A DNA stretch of 60,099 nt, filler included, from Basidiobolus meristosporus CBS 931.73 (Eukaryota; Fungi; Basidiobolomycota), in assembly GCA_002104905.1 (NCBI GenBank). It is 3 parts of 3 records of this genome, joined end to end, with 100 filler letters (N's around TTAATTAATTAA, not from the genome) between each part and the next. Parts side by side here need not be neighbours in the genome. Positions count along the whole stretch, not along the records: positions 45,101 to 60,099 come from MCFE01001160.1; 2 more parts are not named here. One strand, 5' to 3'. A program made the translations under genes and the position numbers. Under the pieces are notes generated by a model. The model worked only from the letters and a program-made list of their open reading frames with translations, was not told the DNA's origin and made no database searches. Shown one piece after another: positions 56,927 through 60,099 of this stretch. Within the stretch, counting starts at the first letter, position 1, and every line of letters begins with the position of its first letter.

Positions 56927-59695
56927 CTACTGCTGTAGCTTTGATACAAGAGTGTGTAGCTGAGGGGAATTTGTAGGTAAGTTAATAAGAAGTGATGATA
57001 GTTCTTCAGTGCTCAAGACACTGTTCAGTGGGAAGGGGGGTAGCAAGAGAGGTAAGAATGACTTGTGAACAACATTAATGAGGGGAATGTGATAAGGATT
57101 GATATTCATCATAAAGGGAGTGTGCTGCTGCAGATATTGCTGCCAAAGGTCTGTCAAGTACTTCTGGTAGGCCAGCTTGGGTTTTTCTGACTGCAGAATA
57201 TAGTGAGCAAACTTCTTGACTTCAGGATCTCCAAGTATTGTTCTCCAGCAGGAGTCAGGTGTTGTGTGGTGTGTTCTCTTCCAGGCCTTAATCAGTGGGT
57301 TGTTGCAGTTGTGAAGTCTGAGGTATAATCTGGTTCTAAGGTAGAGAAGTCTGATCTTATAGGGCATAAACCCAAAAGCACCAAGAATAGCATGTCTGTA
57401 GGGGCATTCAGGCAAATGAGGTACCAAGGAGGTAATGCACCATACTGCAAACTTGTCAAGCTTAGTGCAGTCTCTAGAAGTAAGAGAGAGAAGTGGTAAG
57501 CCAAATTCCAGGACAGGGAAGACAAACTGCTTGAGTAGAAGGAGGCAGCTGGGAGCTGAAGTTGTAGGAGGAGTAACAGCCAGTAGCTTGTGGAGTGCCT
57601 GTCTTGCCAGGATAATTCTCTTCTTCAGGTGTGCTCCAGAGTCTAGTCCAGTAGGAAGGAAAGGAAAGCCAAGATATGTAGCTGAAACCTGAGCAGGTAG
57701 AGTGGAGTTCTCCAAGTTGATGGGAGTGCCCAAAGGTACTGTCTTTGCAATGGAAAGCTGGAGATTATTCTTCTGCAGATACTGCTGGATGGTCTGGGAG
57801 TCTTGTTGCACATTGGAGGAGGATATTCTGATGTCATCAGCAAAGAGAGTAACCAGGCTGTCAGCTGAGAGTCTTGGGAAATCATTCAGGAAGATGGCAA
57901 ACAGTATAGGACCAAGCACAGAGCCTTGAACCACTCCATTAGGAACTGAGAACACAGCTGATTGCTCACTTGGGTGCAGAATTCTTGCTTGTGGATCCAG
58001 AAACAGAGACCTGACAAGGAGGGTGAGAGAGGTACTGGAGAAGCATTGCAACTTGGACCAAAGCAGATTTCTGTCAACTGAATCAAAGGCCTTAGTAATA
58101 TCAAACAGAACAGAGGGATACTTGCACTGGAGAGAGTGATCTTGGCTAAGTATGACTGCATATTCCAAGGAGAGGCCAGGAACAAAGCCAAACTGTGCAG
58201 GATGAAACTTGAGGGAGTCAGAGTAGAGCTCCTGAGCAAGCAGAAGCTCAAACACCTTTCTGCAGGTGGGCAGCAGAGATATTGGCCTGTAGGAGCTAGG
58301 ATCCAGGTGCTTTCCTTTACCCTTGTATAGTGGCAGAACATTTGCAAAGGACCATTCCTCAGGAGTAGAAAGCTGGGCTGAGCATTGCTGAAACAGTGGA
58401 AGCAGAAGTGCAGACATGGCCTTGGTACTAGTCTTCAGAAGCTCATAGGAGATTGTGTCCACACCTGGAGCAGTAGAGTTGGGAAGCCTCTTGAGCACAT
58501 TATGGATTCTCCTTTGATCAAGTGCAAGTGGGATGGGCAGAGTCTTGAAGTCAGGATGAAAGCCAGGAGTTGAGTACTGCTTTGTAGAGAAGAAGATGTT
58601 AGCCAGCTGTTCTGTTGAAGGTAACTTCCTGGAAGAGGGCCTCATTGCCCTGTAGAGTCTTGATACTGTTCTTGTTATAGAGTTGGAAGATTGCAGAGGC
58701 AAGGAACTCATAATATGATCCCAGAGCTGAGTATGCAGAGTGTGGTGAATTGCCTTGGAGTGGTGTATTGCTGTCAGGAGGAGTTTCTCTGTTTTTGGGT
58801 TAGGGAAACTCAGGTAGCTTTGTTGCAGGGCTGAAACAATGGATTCCCATTTTCTTGAGGTAACATCAGTAGTCTTGCATGGCAGTGAGAGGGAGGCAGA
58901 CACCAGAATCAGATGCTTCACAAAGAGCCAGGCATAGTTGAGATCATCTGGCAGAGAAAGTAGCAAACTGGCAAGCTTCAAGTAGTTCCCAAAGTCTTTC
59001 TTCTGATTCTTGGTAGCTTTGTGGGTGAGCACAGTAAGTTTTGGCAGCTTCTTCTTCACAACTGGTTGCATAGAAAGGGACCAGGCTGGATGGTCAGAGG
59101 CTCTCAAGGATCCAGGCTCAGCTCCAGAGAATTGCTTAACTTCATTCACAAAGTAGAGGGCAGCAGCAGAAGGGCAGATCCAGTCAACACATCTTTTCTC
59201 AGATTGAGCACCTAGTGCTAGCAGGTGGCTTTCTCTCAGGAAGTTCAGTAGGAATGTAGACCTTGGCTTCATTCTTGCAGTCAGAGTAGTCTTGTTCTCA
59301 GGATGGGGAATGTTGAGATCTCCAAGCAAGATAACAGGTGTTGATATAGATTGTTGGTATTGCTGAACCTTCTGGCATATAACTTGCACTTCTTGAAGGG
59401 CAAGACTTGGAGGCAGATAGCAGAGCACCAGACTGATAGTTGGCAACTGGAGAGCTGCACAGTAAGGGGAGTAAAGAGGAACACAGAGCTGAGGAGTATT
59501 GATGGTAGAAGAGATGAAGCAGATAGAGGAGATATTCTTTGTTCTAGGAGTAGAAAAGCAATATAGATTAGTCAAAAGTATAGAGGGTAGCTGGACATCA
59601 ATCAAACACAGGAGGGAAAATCTTGAAAGAAGTCTTTCTAGAGTTGGTCTTGATGGCTGTATGCTGTTGCAGTTAAGCAACAGAACTTCAGGTAG
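56927..59695 (-). CDS. LINE ORF2: APE-type endonuclease plus reverse transcriptase (922 codons after the ORF1 stop, no initiating AUG)
   Basis: APE motifs LLLNCNS, CYLPP, ILLGDLN, VDWI, SDH. RT motifs APGVDTI, YRPISLL, QFGF, DITKAFDSV, GVVQGSVLGP, FADD. Confidence 0.93.
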   Translation of the reverse strand, partial: LPEVLLLNCNSIQPSRPTLERLLSRFSLLCLIDVQLPSILLTNLYCFSTPRTKNISSICFISSTINTPQLCVPLYSPYCAALQLPTISLVLCYLPPSLALQEVQVICQKVQQYQQSISTPVILLGDLNIPHPENKTTLTARMKPRSTFLLNFLRESHLLALGAQSEKRCVDWICPSAAALYFVNEVKQFSGAEPGSLRASDHPAWSLSMQPVVKKKLPKLTVLTHKATKNQKKDFGNYLKLASLLLSLPDDLNYAWLFVKHLILVSASLSLPCKTTDVTSRKWESIVSALQQSYLSFPNPKTEKLLLTAIHHSKAIHHTLHTQLWDHIMSSLPLQSSNSITRTVSRLYRAMRPSSRKLPSTEQLANIFFSTKQYSTPGFHPDFKTLPIPLALDQRRIHNVLKRLPNSTAPGVDTISYELLKTSTKAMSALLLPLFQQCSAQLSTPEEWSFANVLPLYKGKGKHLDPSSYRPISLLPTCRKVFELLLAQELYSDSLKFHPAQFGFVPGLSLEYAVILSQDHSLQCKYPSVLFDITKAFDSVDRNLLWSKLQCFSSTSLTLLVRSLFLDPQARILHPSEQSAVFSVPNGVVQGSVLGPILFAIFLNDFPRLSADSLVTLFADDIRISSSNVQQDSQTIQQYLQKNNLQLSIAKTVPLGTPINLENSTLPAQVSATYLGFPFLPTGLDSGAHLKKRIILARQALHKLLAVTPPTTSAPSCLLLLKQFVFPVLEFGLPLLSLTSRDCTKLDKFAVWCITSLVPHLPECPYRHAILGAFGFMPYKIRLLYLRTRLYLRLHNCNNPLIKAWKRTHHTTPDSCWRTILGDPEVKKFAHYILQSEKPKLAYQKYLTDLWQQYLQQHTPFMMNINPYHIPLINVVHKSFLPLLLPPFPLNSVLSTEELSSLLINLPTNSPQLHTLVSKLQQ

Positions 59696-60097
59696 TCAGG
59701 CAGAGGTTGTAGCTTCTTCAGAGGCAGCATTGATAATGTGACCTGCAGAGTCCCAGAGCTCTTCAAATGGTGCATCACTTAAGTCAGCAAGGAGGGAAAT
59801 GGCATGATTCTTGAGGAAGTATGCCACATCATAGGAGGGGGCTTGTCTCTTGATGGCAGCAAAGAAAGACAGAATGGCAACATGGGCTGGAGGCTTGTTG
59901 AACAGTAGAGAGTCAGAGGATTCAGATTCTTCAGGCACTATCTTGAAGTCAGTTTTCAGCCAGTTAAGGTTCTTCTCCACAAAGGCAACAAATGGGTCAG
60001 CAATGTTTTGGTCTAGGATAACCTCCAGAATCTTCCCTTTTCTCCAGGCCAGGTTGACAATTCTTGAGAGCTGAATATTGCATGCCTTGAGTGCTTT
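59696..60097 (-). CDS. LINE ORF1 C-terminal part (partial)
   Basis: Open to the window edge: KALKACNIQLSRIVNLAWRKGKILEVILDQNIADPFVAFVEKNLNW...EELWDSAGHIINAASEEATTSA*. Homologous to the family C protein. Confidence 0.8.
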   Translation of the reverse strand, partial: KALKACNIQLSRIVNLAWRKGKILEVILDQNIADPFVAFVEKNLNWLKTDFKIVPEESESSDSLLFNKPPAHVAILSFFAAIKRQAPSYDVAYFLKNHAISLLADLSDAPFEELWDSAGHIINAASEEATTSA

Positions 60098-60099
60098 CC

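Larger units (their letters stand above)
56864..60099 (-). mobile_element. Autonomous telomeric non-LTR retrotransposon (family A); 5' end beyond the window
   Basis: ORF1 C-terminus, uninterrupted ORF2, about 60-nt 3' UTR and a CCCCCCTAA end; no poly(A). Confidence 0.95.

Noticed and set aside
40900-56949. ORFs starting MYQSYNSSAGFFVS (41847, 50304, 56750, 56949)
   Set aside because: Chimeric frames starting in the LINE 3' end and reading across junctions into whichever element is adjacent; not genes.

Overview
Fungal genomic DNA, most likely from an early-diverging lineage (intronless HDEL-type BiP, a fungal-type TOR C-terminus, TTAGGG telomeres). The window is three pieces joined by artificial 100-nt spacers (N44-TTAATTAATTAA-N44 at 24931-25030 and 45001-45100), so adjacency across spacers is not evidence. 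Piece 1 (1-24930) is about 20 kb of decayed, CpG-depleted copia, gypsy and EnSpm-like elements plus a 956-bp palindrome, followed by KAR2/BiP, REI1 and an unannotated 3' end of TOR. Piece 2 (25031-45000) is a chromosome end: four tandem genes for a near-identical secreted protein, then copia debris and a head-to-tail array of telomere-joined non-LTR elements, ending in (TTAGGG)n. Piece 3 (45101-60099) has a Met-rich secreted-protein gene, then a second array of the same polarity containing a very young full-length copia. The main candidate system resembles Drosophila HeT-A/TART but sits alongside ordinary TTAGGG repeats. It has an autonomous ORF1 + APE-RT LINE whose ORF2 follows ORF1 in frame behind a single UGA-CUA with no AUG, and at least two diverged ORF1-only partner lineages. 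All end in the same double hairpin plus a C-rich CCCUAA tail, and all point away from the chromosome end. Alignments, translations and structures were done by eye; no database searches were run.
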